From a virus (Duplodnaviria; Caudoviricetes), in IMG/VR virus record IMGVR_UViG_3300020376_000009, positions 1-27,722 of that record: DNA of 27,722 nucleotides. The stretch is one strand, 5' to 3'. The first letter of the stretch is position 1. Every line of letters starts with the position of its first letter. The position numbers and the translations under genes are program-made. Of the stretch, positions 17,553 through 26,286 are shown in pieces. The notes beneath the pieces were generated by a model, which worked only from the letters and a program-made list of their open reading frames with translations, was not told the DNA's origin and ran no database searches.

Positions 17553-19313
17553 TTATCCTTGACAGGAAAGGCACTCGTCATCATCTGCATAGTCTTTGAG
17601 AGCTACGCGGGTGGGCTTGAAGCTAACAGTGTCAGCCTTAGCACTTGCAGAGGTTCGCAAGTAATAGAGTCCTTTAAGTTTCTTGTTGAAAGCCCGAAGG
17701 TGGACTTCATTAACGTAAGCTTTATCCGTCCCAGAAGGGAAGAATAGGTTCACGGATTGACCTTGGCAGATGTATGGTTGACGCTCTGCTGCATGGTCTA
17801 CTACCCACCTTTGGTCCAGCTCGAAAGCGGTCTTGTAGATTTCCTTGTGCCATTCGTCCATCCATTCAAGGTGCTGTACGCTACCTTCATTGAGGATGAT
17901 TGATGTCCACTGTTCCTCCATCCACGCATCAGGATTGTGCTGCCATAGCTCGGCCTCTTCCCTGATAACTTTATCTAGATAAGGGTTACGAACAAGGTGG
18001 GCCCCTACTCTAGTACGGTGTGTGAACGCATTAGATTTAAGTGGTTCAATGGACGCTGAACAACCAGCAATGATTGATGAGTTTGCATTAGGTGCTACAG
18101 CCAACAGGTGAGAGTTACGGACACCCTCAACATCTGGGCAAGCCCCACGTTCTTCTGCTAGGTAGACAGATGCTGCTCTAGCTTGAGCCTTGATGTGGGT
18201 GAACATCTCAGTGTTATATGAAGTAGCCATGACAGATTCCCACGGGATTCCGGCACGTTGTAATGCACTATGAAAACCCATTGCACCTAGACCTAAGCTT
18301 CTCTCCTGTGTAGCACTGAAGACAGCCTTGCGGAGTTCTTTAGGTGCATGGAAACAGAAGAAGCTAATGACGTTATCCAACATCTCAATTAAGTCAGCCA
18401 CCATCGTGGTGTCTTTCCAATGCTGATAGTGTTCTAAGTTAACACTGGACAAACAACACACCGCTGTCCGGTCTTCAGAGGTTGGAAGGTGAATCTCATT
18501 GCACAGGTTTGAACCATGAATTGTCAGTCCTTTCTCTTTCATCGCTGGTGGTAGGTGGCGGTTAGCTTCATCAATGAAGTTCAGGTATGGCTCACCAGTG
18601 CGGAAGCGAGTTTCGATTAGGCGTTCCCATAACTCACGGGCAGGCATTGTGTCCCTAACTGTTTTGTCATTAGGGTCTAATAGTTGCCACTGTTCATTAT
18701 CGTTTACAGCATCCATGAATGAATCAGGGATGTTGACTGCGTTGTGAATGTTGAACGCCTTGCGGTTGGGGTCACCACCCGTAGGTACACGTATGTTAAT
18801 GAACTCAATGATGTCAGGGTGACTAATGTCCATGTAGGCAGCATAAGAACCCTTGCGAGTTTTGCCCTGCCTGTATGCAGTCATGTCACTATCGACAGTC
18901 TTTAAGAAAGGAATCGGAGAAGGAGCAACATCACTAACGCTACGGATGTCAGACCAATGACCACCGACTCCGCCACCTTTAACGGAAAGCCATCTAAGCT
19001 CGGTCGTATGTCCGATAAGACCATCCAAGCTATCAGGCACGTAACTAAGGAAACAACTGATAGGAAGTCCACGGACTTTCTCTCCTTGCGCGGGGGCATT
19101 AGATAATAGAGGTGAGCTAAACATGAACCAGCCTTTGCTGGCGTAGTCATAGATGCGCTGTGCTAAGTCGTAGTCATTACGACAGTAGGCAGTAGCTGCT
19201 CTTGCATAGGCATCTTGTGGGTCTTCCCCATCACGACAGTAGTAGTCTTTGAGAAGTGTGGATGCCTGCTCTGACAGTAAACTGTTACGGGAGTAATCAA
19301 TCTTGATTGTCAT
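17553..19313 (-). CDS. nrdA: Ribonucleotide reductase class I alpha subunit (short, no ATP cone)
   Basis: 586 aa with FMFSSP, PISCF, SNLCNEI (catalytic NxCxE), APNANSS, GLYYLR (Tyr pair) and C-terminal CLSC. Confidence 0.96.
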   Translation of the reverse strand: MTIKIDYSRNSLLSEQASTLLKDYYCRDGEDPQDAYARAATAYCRNDYDLAQRIYDYASKGWFMFSSPLLSNAPAQGEKVRGLPISCFLSYVPDSLDGLIGHTTELRWLSVKGGGVGGHWSDIRSVSDVAPSPIPFLKTVDSDMTAYRQGKTRKGSYAAYMDISHPDIIEFINIRVPTGGDPNRKAFNIHNAVNIPDSFMDAVNDNEQWQLLDPNDKTVRDTMPARELWERLIETRFRTGEPYLNFIDEANRHLPPAMKEKGLTIHGSNLCNEIHLPTSEDRTAVCCLSSVNLEHYQHWKDTTMVADLIEMLDNVISFFCFHAPKELRKAVFSATQERSLGLGAMGFHSALQRAGIPWESVMATSYNTEMFTHIKAQARAASVYLAEERGACPDVEGVRNSHLLAVAPNANSSIIAGCSASIEPLKSNAFTHRTRVGAHLVRNPYLDKVIREEAELWQHNPDAWMEEQWTSIILNEGSVQHLEWMDEWHKEIYKTAFELDQRWVVDHAAERQPYICQGQSVNLFFPSGTDKAYVNEVHLRAFNKKLKGLYYLRTSASAKADTVSFKPTRVALKDYADDDECLSCQG

Positions 19314-19530
19314 TGAGCCACTCCGTTGTGTGACTGATGCTTTTAAAACCTACCAGCCTTTCACCTGTCTTAGCATTCAATAAGGTGGGGACACTCATAA
19401 CCTTGTACTTGATAGCCTCGCCAATGTTCTGACCAATGTTAATTTCATGGTAGGGAATGTCCATGCTATTCATAACTTGGGTCACAGCTTTGCATGGCGC
19501 ACACCCTTCAGTGTAAAATTTTATAATCAT
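19297..19530 (-). CDS. Thioredoxin/glutaredoxin-like redoxin (NrdH-like)
   Basis: 77 aa with CAPC (CxxC) and the cis-Pro motif SVPTL. Overlaps the nrdA start. Confidence 0.88.
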   Translation of the reverse strand: MIIKFYTEGCAPCKAVTQVMNSMDIPYHEINIGQNIGEAIKYKVMSVPTLLNAKTGERLVGFKSISHTTEWLNDNQD

Positions 19531-19539
19531 AATTATTTC

Positions 19540-19770
19540 TCAGTCGTACTTCAGGTGCTGGAGTTCAAGCCAAAGCTCTGCGTAATGGATTATCTTTTTA
19601 ACATCAGATTCAAACTGCCCCTTGTGTGGAGCGCGTGTCGCATACTTCACGATGTTGCCTGCACAAAAGTCTAGTTCATTCTTCATAATGTATTCGATAG
19701 GTTGGATGGGATGAACGTAGTGGTCACCCCCCTCTTGGCGGAGAGTGCCTTCGTTTATGGTGGGGTCCAT
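19540..19770 (-). CDS. DUF3310-family protein (related to T7 gp1.7 nucleotide kinase)
   Basis: Motif series GGDHY...IQPIEYI...FCAGNIVKYATR...KG...D..K..HY. Confidence 0.82.
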   Translation of the reverse strand: MDPTINEGTLRQEGGDHYVHPIQPIEYIMKNELDFCAGNIVKYATRAPHKGQFESDVKKIIHYAELWLELQHLKYD

Positions 19771-20489
19771 AAGGGTGGTTCCTCTTGGTAAGGGATTAGG
19801 TCTTCAACTCTTAGGATGCGCGCACACCGTGCTTGAACTAAGGCATCATCGACACCTAGCCCAGCCTTCTCAAAGGCAGCCACAACAGCAGGCCAGTAGT
19901 CAGCCGCAGCAGCATCAAGAATCTTGTCAGCTTTAACTGGTCCAACTTGGGGACATCCCTTGTAGTTGTCAGAAGCATCACCTGTCAGAACTTGTGAATA
20001 GAAATAGCGGTCTGCCATATCTAAGCTCACAGTCACCACGCCCCTGTCTGAATGACGTGGGTTGTACAGGCGACATGGCACACACAAGAAGTCTTTATCT
20101 TCAGAGACAATGATTGTGTTTGTATCATCAGTGGCTGCGATACCAATCAGGTCATCTGCCTCATAAGGTTCTGTAAGCTCAGCATCATACTCATCGATGA
20201 GCCAGCCCTTCAGAACACCTAGAGTCATAGGCTTACGGGTGTCCTTGCGGTTGCCCTTGTATGTCCCTAAGATTTCAGTGCGGTAGTTCTTCTTGCCTGT
20301 CAGGAACACGCGCATCACTTTACACTTAGTGGCATTCTGAATGGAGACTAAGGCATCTCTGATGTGGCGTTGGCCATCAGCTTCAGAGGCATGGAGTGTC
20401 CACATATCATCATCCCACTTAGTAGCAATCTCGGTGGCCGCTGCTGCTTGGAATGCTAAGATGTCACCATCAATTAATAGAGTCGTCAT
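19755..20489 (-). CDS. 5'-3' exonuclease (T7 gp6-like)
   Basis: Motifs LLIDGD, YKGNR, EADD, SEDKD and GDASDNYKGCPQVG. Start moved to MTTLL at 20489, which has a GGAG Shine-Dalgarno. Confidence 0.93.
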   Translation of the reverse strand: MTTLLIDGDILAFQAAAATEIATKWDDDMWTLHASEADGQRHIRDALVSIQNATKCKVMRVFLTGKKNYRTEILGTYKGNRKDTRKPMTLGVLKGWLIDEYDAELTEPYEADDLIGIAATDDTNTIIVSEDKDFLCVPCRLYNPRHSDRGVVTVSLDMADRYFYSQVLTGDASDNYKGCPQVGPVKADKILDAAAADYWPAVVAAFEKAGLGVDDALVQARCARILRVEDLIPYQEEPPLWTPP

Positions 20490-20661
20490 TGAGTTCTCCT
20501 TCTCTAGAGTTACGTTCAGTAATGACACGGATGCCATGCTCGATAGCTACGTGCTGCTCTTGCCAATCGAGGTATGCATTCATGGCAAAGCTAAATGCTA
20601 CAGCCACAGACACCACTGAAAAGCTGAGACACACCAGTACAAGCATTAGTGTTTCAATCAT
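20470..20661 (-). CDS. Small hypothetical membrane protein
   Basis: 63 aa with an N-terminal hydrophobic stretch LMLVLVCLSFSVVSVAVAFSFAM. ATGA-coupled to the upstream ORF. Confidence 0.6.
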   Translation of the reverse strand: MIETLMLVLVCLSFSVVSVAVAFSFAMNAYLDWQEQHVAIEHGIRVITERNSREGELNDDSIN

Positions 20662-20930
20662 ATATCAGCACCAACCTTCTCATTCTCATACATAGCAATG
20701 GCCATCGGATACCTCTCCCAATCTTCAAGACCACAGGTCATCATGCATTCATACTTGTGACTGTCAGCGATAATGAAAGCTAGGTAAGCTGAGCTAACTA
20801 CTTGGGTTTTTCTACAGTCCATTTCTTCTACAATAGTAGAGGGGGACACGCCTAATTTCACACGGTCCTTCGGACGTTGGTCTTCACCTATGGGTATTTC
20901 TTCAGCCATCTGGATGCTCTCCTGATTCAC
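20658..20930 (-). CDS. Hypothetical protein
   Basis: Fills the gap in the coding-strand gene string. The true start may be ATG 20909 (MAEEIP), which follows GGAGAG. Confidence 0.55.
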   Translation of the reverse strand: MNQESIQMAEEIPIGEDQRPKDRVKLGVSPSTIVEEMDCRKTQVVSSAYLAFIIADSHKYECMMTCGLEDWERYPMAIAMYENEKVGADI

Positions 20931-21135
20931 GTAGACGCATAAGACCCATGACAGTTATGTGCCAGCGTCTTCCAAATTGGTCAGTACCTACATGACGTGT
21001 TGATATTAAACCCTCACACGCACAGACAGCGACAAGCTCAGCGTGTTCTCTGGCAAAGTTACTGCGAGTGGTGAAGGGATTTTGGTAGGCATTGTTAAGT
21101 ACCTTAGTGAGTGTCTGCCCAGTTATCTCCGACAT
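20902..21135 (-). CDS. T7 gp5.7-like protein
   Basis: SNFAREHAELVAVCACEGLIST...WHITVMGLMRL aligns by eye with T7 gp5.7 as I recall it (SNYVRNNASLVAEAASRGHISC...WEITASGTRFL). It lies just downstream of the DNA polymerase. Start is uncertain. Confidence 0.75.
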   Translation of the reverse strand: MSEITGQTLTKVLNNAYQNPFTTRSNFAREHAELVAVCACEGLISTRHVGTDQFGRRWHITVMGLMRLRESGEHPDG

Positions 21136-22903
21136 TAAATTCTCCATCTAGTGGACATTTGAACTTGAAGATACTGGTGACTTCTTTGATTGAAGCGACA
21201 GCTATCTCACCTACCTGTTGGGCAACGTCTGCCCTACACGCAACTTGGATTTCATCGTGGACCCATGCACACATTGCAAAGTCTTTATCCCACCCATGCT
21301 GCAAACCTGCTGACCTCATTGACTTAACAAATTGGACCAGCCACTGCTTACAAATAATGCCGCCTGCACTTTGAAGCAACGCATTCAATGCTGAGTGTGA
21401 ACTCCTGATATGGACACGCCTGCGGTCCAAGCCATAAATATAACCACGACCAGAGCTAGACATCACTTGGTCACGCAGCTTGGCAAGCGCAGGTGTCTTG
21501 GCTAAGAATCTTTCCTTGATAGCCTTGCCCTGCTTCCTACCACCGCCTACCAGTTCACCAATCAGTTGGTCACCTCCGCCATAATTAAAAGCGTAGATGA
21601 ATCGTTTTGCTGATGGTCTGTCAGGCAGGCCTGCTGCTAGTTGGTTGGTTGTGTGGATGTCACCATCAAGGACAACATTCACATACTTACCACCATCATA
21701 AGCAGCCATGAAATGCGCGAGGCATCTCAATTCTAGGCCAGAAGCATCTGCACCCATGAGCTTCCATCCTTTAGGGACAGTGAATAACTCACGACACTCT
21801 TGACCATAGGGTGCAGAGAGTGAAGGCACTTGTGCAATGTTGGGGTATGCGTGTGTTGCCCGTCCTGTGACAGCACCATTGGGATTGATGGAGCCATGAA
21901 TCTTTCCATCCTTCACAACCTTCAACCAGCCTTGCGCTCCGTCAGACAACTGAGCGATGCGCTTCTGTAGCATGAAGTATTCAGCCATGACCTTAGCTTC
22001 AGGGAAGGGGAGTCCCGTCAGCGTAGTCTCATCAACCTTAGCTTGCCCACTCTTGGTGAACTCTTTAGGTTTCCATCCACGCACTTTCACTAAGCGGTCT
22101 GCTATTTGATTGCGAGATGATGGGTTGAACTCCATGATTGTGATGGGTGTGTAAGCACAACCAGACACCACAGACGCACGGGTTATATCTTTATAGTTGA
22201 CTGTCCTAGCAGGTGTCTTGAGAGGACCTGCAATAATCCAAGGCTTAAACAAACCATCTAGCTTTGCTCTGATGTCTGTCCTCTTGGCAGATAGCTCACG
22301 ATATAATAGTGCAGCCTTCTTCTCATCAAACACAAATCCATTGCGCTCTTGCTTTGCCATAATCCAAGCCACTTGATGCTCAAGCTTTAATGCCTGTTCA
22401 CTGTAGTCTTGTTTGATTATCTCTGCGTACAGGTCAGCCGTTACTTCAACGTCCTGTTGGCAGTAGGTTAGCATCTCTTCAGAGAACACATCCCATGCAG
22501 ATTCTTGCTGAGCGTAGTCTCCTTTGAGGTTGCCTAAGCGATAGCCCCACGCCTTTAAAGAGTGGGACCCAAACATCTTTCTTGGAAATCCTGGCTCGTG
22601 TTCTAAGCGGACAGCATCGTCCTCTTTAATGCTGGACCAAATCAATCTCACACACACCAATGTGTCTAACACTGATGGTGATTTGAATGATGGGTAAAGC
22701 ATCTTGATAGCAGGTACATCAAACTTAATTCCGTTGTGAGCTATTAACTCATCAGCAGATTCTAGTAGCTTGATGCCCTTGGCTATCTCATTGGGACGGA
22801 AGGAATGAACCTCACCTGTGTCAACATCCTTAGCCACGATACAGTGGATACACGTTAGTTCATCCAGCAATCCGTTGGTTTCAATATCGACAATGAGCTT
22901 CAT
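21104..22903 (-). CDS. DNA polymerase family A (T7 gp5-like)
   Basis: Exonuclease motifs DIET, HNGIKFD and YCQQD; SHSLKAWGYRLG; motif A DASGLELR; motif B RPSAKRFIYAFNYG; motif C WVHDE. Confidence 0.97.
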   Translation of the reverse strand: MKLIVDIETNGLLDELTCIHCIVAKDVDTGEVHSFRPNEIAKGIKLLESADELIAHNGIKFDVPAIKMLYPSFKSPSVLDTLVCVRLIWSSIKEDDAVRLEHEPGFPRKMFGSHSLKAWGYRLGNLKGDYAQQESAWDVFSEEMLTYCQQDVEVTADLYAEIIKQDYSEQALKLEHQVAWIMAKQERNGFVFDEKKAALLYRELSAKRTDIRAKLDGLFKPWIIAGPLKTPARTVNYKDITRASVVSGCAYTPITIMEFNPSSRNQIADRLVKVRGWKPKEFTKSGQAKVDETTLTGLPFPEAKVMAEYFMLQKRIAQLSDGAQGWLKVVKDGKIHGSINPNGAVTGRATHAYPNIAQVPSLSAPYGQECRELFTVPKGWKLMGADASGLELRCLAHFMAAYDGGKYVNVVLDGDIHTTNQLAAGLPDRPSAKRFIYAFNYGGGDQLIGELVGGGRKQGKAIKERFLAKTPALAKLRDQVMSSSGRGYIYGLDRRRVHIRSSHSALNALLQSAGGIICKQWLVQFVKSMRSAGLQHGWDKDFAMCAWVHDEIQVACRADVAQQVGEIAVASIKEVTSIFKFKCPLDGEFNVGDNWADTH

Positions 22904-22912
22904 AATTTTTCC

Positions 22913-24556
22913 CTAGAAAGCAGCCATCAAATCCTCACAAGGAACTATGTCAAACACAGTCTGCTCGTAGAGATGTCCAGTTGCTTGGTTGTAGTTGAGT
23001 GGAATAGTCATGCCAGTTGCTTGACCTGTGTAGCGGTCCTTGAGAACACGGAAGGTAGTAGTCTGCCTGTCCTTTATATTCTCAGCCTGTTGGTCACGCT
23101 CCATGCCAAACATATAGTGACACCAGAAGCCGATAGCTCGACTGCCTTTGAAGTGTCTGATTGATACACGGCCACCCTCTTCGTGAGGTTTGCCATCAGG
23201 AGTAGCGAGGTGAGACACCATCGTGATGATGATACCTAGTCTCTTGGAAATCTTAGCGATGTCCGAAGTGATACGCTCCAACTCTATGCGCTCATCAACA
23301 CCCTGCCCTGTGGCTAGTGCTGTTAAGTGGTCAATGTAGAAGATACGAATACCTTCAGCGTGGTGCATATACTCGATGTTAGATTTGACAACATCCCACT
23401 CACAGACCCCGAAGGAATCATAGAGGCGAATCATGTCTGACTCTTCTAAAGCATCAATAGCTTCACTGCGCTGCTCAACTGTCCAATCACCATCTGGTAT
23501 ATGGAACAATTTGCTAGCGTGTTTACCTGCTAAACGAATGGCTGTCTCAGTAGGCATCTGCTCTAGAAAGAACACACCTACCCTCTCCTTCAACACTTGC
23601 ATATCGTAGATGATTTGTTGTGTTAGGAAATCAGTCTTGCCTACACCAGTTCCAGCACCCAGACAATAAACTTCACCGTACCTACGGCCATAAGTCTTAT
23701 CGTTGAGTGTCTTCAGGAACCAAGGCAGGCCCCATTCCACAGGCTTGTCTAGTTCTGCACGGATGTCTTTAAGACTTACGATACCATCAGGCCTGTAGGT
23801 CTTAGCGTTCCATATTGCATCCATAACTAGACGATGCTTACCAGCTAGCAAGGCTTCGTTGGCATCCTTAAAGCCATTGATGTTCCCTATCTTGCACTTG
23901 CCTGCCTCAAACAGTGGAGCGCAAGCTTTGGCTGCTGCCTCACCTGCTGCATCTCCATCCATAAGTAGGATAATTTCTTGGAAGTCATTAAAGTAACTCA
24001 TGTTTGCAGCAATGGATTTAGCTGCACCAGCCGCACCATTTGGTACGGATATAACAGGCCACTTGTTGTCTTGTATCTGCGAGATACTCATTGCATCGAT
24101 GCTGCCTTCACAGATTACTAGCTTCTTACCTGATGCAAATAGGTTAGTGCCGAACATAGGCATCTGACTGAAGTCTCCCAAGATAGGGAAGCTCTTATCA
24201 GCCGTGCGTAATTGCTGCGCGACCAGCTTACCTTCCGTGTTGTGGAGTGGGCAGATGTGAACGGCTTGTCCATTGTGGCTACCAACCTTGTAACCGAAGT
24301 GGCGGGCTGTCTCTTCAGAGATACCTCGCTGTCTAAGTGAACGGACTTCACCATCTATCAATGAACTTGCCATGCGTGTACTCCTACTAACAGTTTTAAT
24401 ATCTCCACCCTCATCAGGCCACTCCATGTGGTTACAGTTGAGAGAGAAGCAGTAAGCCCTGCCTGATGCATAACGCACTAGGTTGTCGCGTGAGTTGCAG
24501 CTAGGGCAACTCTCACGTCCAACCATAGGGCTATCATCTTGGTCGCGCTTAGACAT
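22913..24556 (-). CDS. DNA primase-helicase (T7 gp4-like)
   Basis: Zn finger CPSC...CFSLNC; TOPRIM motifs EGSID, SVPNGA, DGD and KDANE; Walker A GAGTGVGKT; IDHL; VSHL; VLKDRYTG. Confidence 0.97.
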   Translation of the reverse strand: MSKRDQDDSPMVGRESCPSCNSRDNLVRYASGRAYCFSLNCNHMEWPDEGGDIKTVSRSTRMASSLIDGEVRSLRQRGISEETARHFGYKVGSHNGQAVHICPLHNTEGKLVAQQLRTADKSFPILGDFSQMPMFGTNLFASGKKLVICEGSIDAMSISQIQDNKWPVISVPNGAAGAAKSIAANMSYFNDFQEIILLMDGDAAGEAAAKACAPLFEAGKCKIGNINGFKDANEALLAGKHRLVMDAIWNAKTYRPDGIVSLKDIRAELDKPVEWGLPWFLKTLNDKTYGRRYGEVYCLGAGTGVGKTDFLTQQIIYDMQVLKERVGVFFLEQMPTETAIRLAGKHASKLFHIPDGDWTVEQRSEAIDALEESDMIRLYDSFGVCEWDVVKSNIEYMHHAEGIRIFYIDHLTALATGQGVDERIELERITSDIAKISKRLGIIITMVSHLATPDGKPHEEGGRVSIRHFKGSRAIGFWCHYMFGMERDQQAENIKDRQTTTFRVLKDRYTGQATGMTIPLNYNQATGHLYEQTVFDIVPCEDLMAAF

Positions 24557-24747
24557 TAGAGTGAGTAGCTAGCGTAAGCGCAGCCACGTACACCAGTCTT
24601 CATGTTTACGTTAATGACAGTGCCTTGCTTAGCAAGCGTGTGTACTACAGCAGCTAGACGGGTGATGCCATACAGGCCTATCGCTTCAATAGAAGTAAGT
24701 GAACGGCCAGTGTTAAGGTGCTTCATAACTTGTTTAGATTGCGTCAT
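24556..24747 (-). CDS. Small helix-turn-helix DNA-binding protein
   Basis: 63 aa, TQSKQVMKHL...SLTSIEAIGLYGITRLAAVVHTL...YASYSL, the pattern of small phage winged-HTH proteins. TAATG-coupled to the primase gene. Confidence 0.75.
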   Translation of the reverse strand: MTQSKQVMKHLNTGRSLTSIEAIGLYGITRLAAVVHTLAKQGTVINVNMKTGVRGCAYASYSL

Positions 24748-24784
24748 AAATTTTTCTCTCGAAAGTTGAGTTCATAAGAATGAT

Positions 24785-24802
24785 GACCCTCCGAAGAGGG
24801 CC
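24785..24802 (-). other. Stable cUUCGg RNA hairpin without a U-tract
   Basis: Minus strand reads GGCCCTC-TTCG-GAGGGTC, directly downstream of the 34-bp repeat. Confidence 0.7.
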
Positions 24803-24804
24803 TA

Positions 24805-24838
24805 ACGGTTTGCTTACCGTGATGGTGCAACCTTTGCT
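24805..24838 (-). promoter_or_regulatory. Candidate phage RNAP promoter, middle copy 2 (34-bp repeat)
   Basis: Minus strand reads AGCAAAGGTTGCACCATCACGGTAAGCAAACCGT, 32/34 identical to 26476-26509. Intergenic, upstream of the HTH and primase genes. Confidence 0.78.
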
Positions 24839-25259
24839 AACTGAGCCACTCTTTAACATCAAAGGATGGGCACTGTTTCTGCACATCAGGGAGGTCCCTG
24901 TGTCCTAGAACTTCAGTGTTTGGGTAGGACAGTTGCAAGGTAGTGATTAAGTCCGACAGTGTGTCGAACTGTATTGGTGTAAAATTATTTTCAGAAATGT
25001 TGACATCATCTTCGGTGACACCACCGACCAATGAGATGCCAATAGAGTTGTGGTTGTAGCCACGGGCGTGTGCACCTACATCATCTATGTGCCGCCCATC
25101 CTCCATTGTTCCATCACGCCTGATTATAATTTGGTAACCACATCCCAGAAATCCACGATGACGATGCCATGCATCCACCTGTGTAAATCCTATATCCATG
25201 CTAGGGCGTGTAGCCGTACAGTGGATGATTATGTAGTCAGTTGTTTTTCGCTTAGCCAT
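24837..25259 (-). CDS. N-acetylmuramoyl-L-alanine amidase (T7 lysozyme gp3.5-like)
   Basis: Motifs IIIHCTAT, GYQIIIRRDG, GAHARGYN, VLGHRD and KQCPSFDV (Zn ligands H, H, C). Start moved to MAKRKTT at 25259, after GGGAG. Confidence 0.95.
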   Translation of the reverse strand: MAKRKTTDYIIIHCTATRPSMDIGFTQVDAWHRHRGFLGCGYQIIIRRDGTMEDGRHIDDVGAHARGYNHNSIGISLVGGVTEDDVNISENNFTPIQFDTLSDLITTLQLSYPNTEVLGHRDLPDVQKQCPSFDVKEWLS

Positions 25260-25642
25260 TCGATTGGTATACTCCCTTTGGCGAATTTGAAATCGTGTTT
25301 CAAACACCACATTGCGTATGTAGTCTTTGAAGTTTTAGAGATTCTTTGTTTGGGATTACTGAACACAAACCTTATGTCCAGATGAGGGTGTTGGTCCTTG
25401 ATGAGCAGATGCTTGGCTCTATCGTCAGTCTGAAATCTTCCCTTTGTTTCTATAATCATTGTTCCGATTACAAAGTCAGGTGTGTACTTCGATTGACGGG
25501 CGGGTCTTGTGTATTCAATCTTCTGTTCTTCATATGAGAAAAGGATGCCTTGGCTGGTAAGCTCATCGGCAACCCGCTTCTCAAGTCCAGAACGGAACCC
25601 ATACTTCAGACCAACAAAATAGTCTTTAGAAGGGTACGTCAT
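25229..25642 (-). CDS. Endonuclease I / Holliday junction resolvase (T7 gp3-like)
   Basis: Motifs FRSGLE, YTPDF, IETKG, HPHLDIRFVF and TTYAMWC. Confidence 0.96.
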   Translation of the reverse strand: MTYPSKDYFVGLKYGFRSGLEKRVADELTSQGILFSYEEQKIEYTRPARQSKYTPDFVIGTMIIETKGRFQTDDRAKHLLIKDQHPHLDIRFVFSNPKQRISKTSKTTYAMWCLKHDFKFAKGSIPIEWLSEKQLTT

Positions 25643-26249
25643 CGAACTCCGCTTCTAATGAGGGTGCTGAAGTTGGAGATACAATTGGCTGGCTAGCTGT
25701 GAACTCAAAGCCATCTTCAACATCGAAGCCTGACGCTGCATTCCCTGCTCCACCACCACCATCCAATGCTTCAATAAGCTGGACAGTCTTCATGCGTAGT
25801 GATACACCAGCACCAACTAATCCTGTGTAGTAGGTGATAGGTTGGAAGCCAATGCGAACACGGCTACCATTCCAAGTCGGAACCTCTTCAGTAATAACCT
25901 GCTTACGGGCATCGATGACCAACGGCTTCTGGGTGAAGTCACCATTGCGTCCATTGACAAGGGCCTTGAGCTTGAACTTGAAGGACACATCACCTGTCTC
26001 ATCATCGATGGTGTAAGGTGGGTTGGTTTTGATTTTATCCTTGGACTTACCTGTCTCTTCCATAGCGTCAGCAATAGCTTTCTCCATGTACTCATCAAGC
26101 TGAGCCATTAGAGGTAGAGCAACTGCGTTCTCCATGTTGAGGGTGCATCCGAACTCCCCATTTTCGTTGAACTTATAATCGGGGGTGAACGCCTTAAGCC
26201 ATTCGGTCCGGCCTTCAGGTGTGATGATTTGTGGTATTTTATTTGACAT
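25626..26249 (-). CDS. Single-stranded DNA-binding protein (T7 gp2.5-like)
   Basis: Motifs TPEG, PDYKF, FKFKLKA, NGSRVR and GVSLRMKTVQLIE. Acidic C-terminus ending in Phe (EFDDVPF). Confidence 0.92.
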   Translation of the reverse strand: MSNKIPQIITPEGRTEWLKAFTPDYKFNENGEFGCTLNMENAVALPLMAQLDEYMEKAIADAMEETGKSKDKIKTNPPYTIDDETGDVSFKFKLKALVNGRNGDFTQKPLVIDARKQVITEEVPTWNGSRVRIGFQPITYYTGLVGAGVSLRMKTVQLIEALDGGGGAGNAASGFDVEDGFEFTASQPIVSPTSAPSLEAEFDDVPF

Positions 26250-26286
26250 AGTTATCCTAGTTGTCAGGTGCGCTTAGTGCGCTGGT

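Noticed and set aside
16332-22903. Introns or inteins in nrdA, nrdB or the DNA polymerase; non-canonical RNR class (Ic/Ie)
   Set aside because: The ORFs are uninterrupted and of compact length. NrdB retains the standard class Ia ligands and the radical Tyr.
25260-25310. Longer ORF-track starts for endolysin (25310), exonuclease (20537), the nrdA-nrdB ORF (17590) and phoH (16344)
   Set aside because: They create long overlaps with upstream genes. The downstream ATGs match family N-termini, have Shine-Dalgarno motifs, or sit right after the upstream stop.
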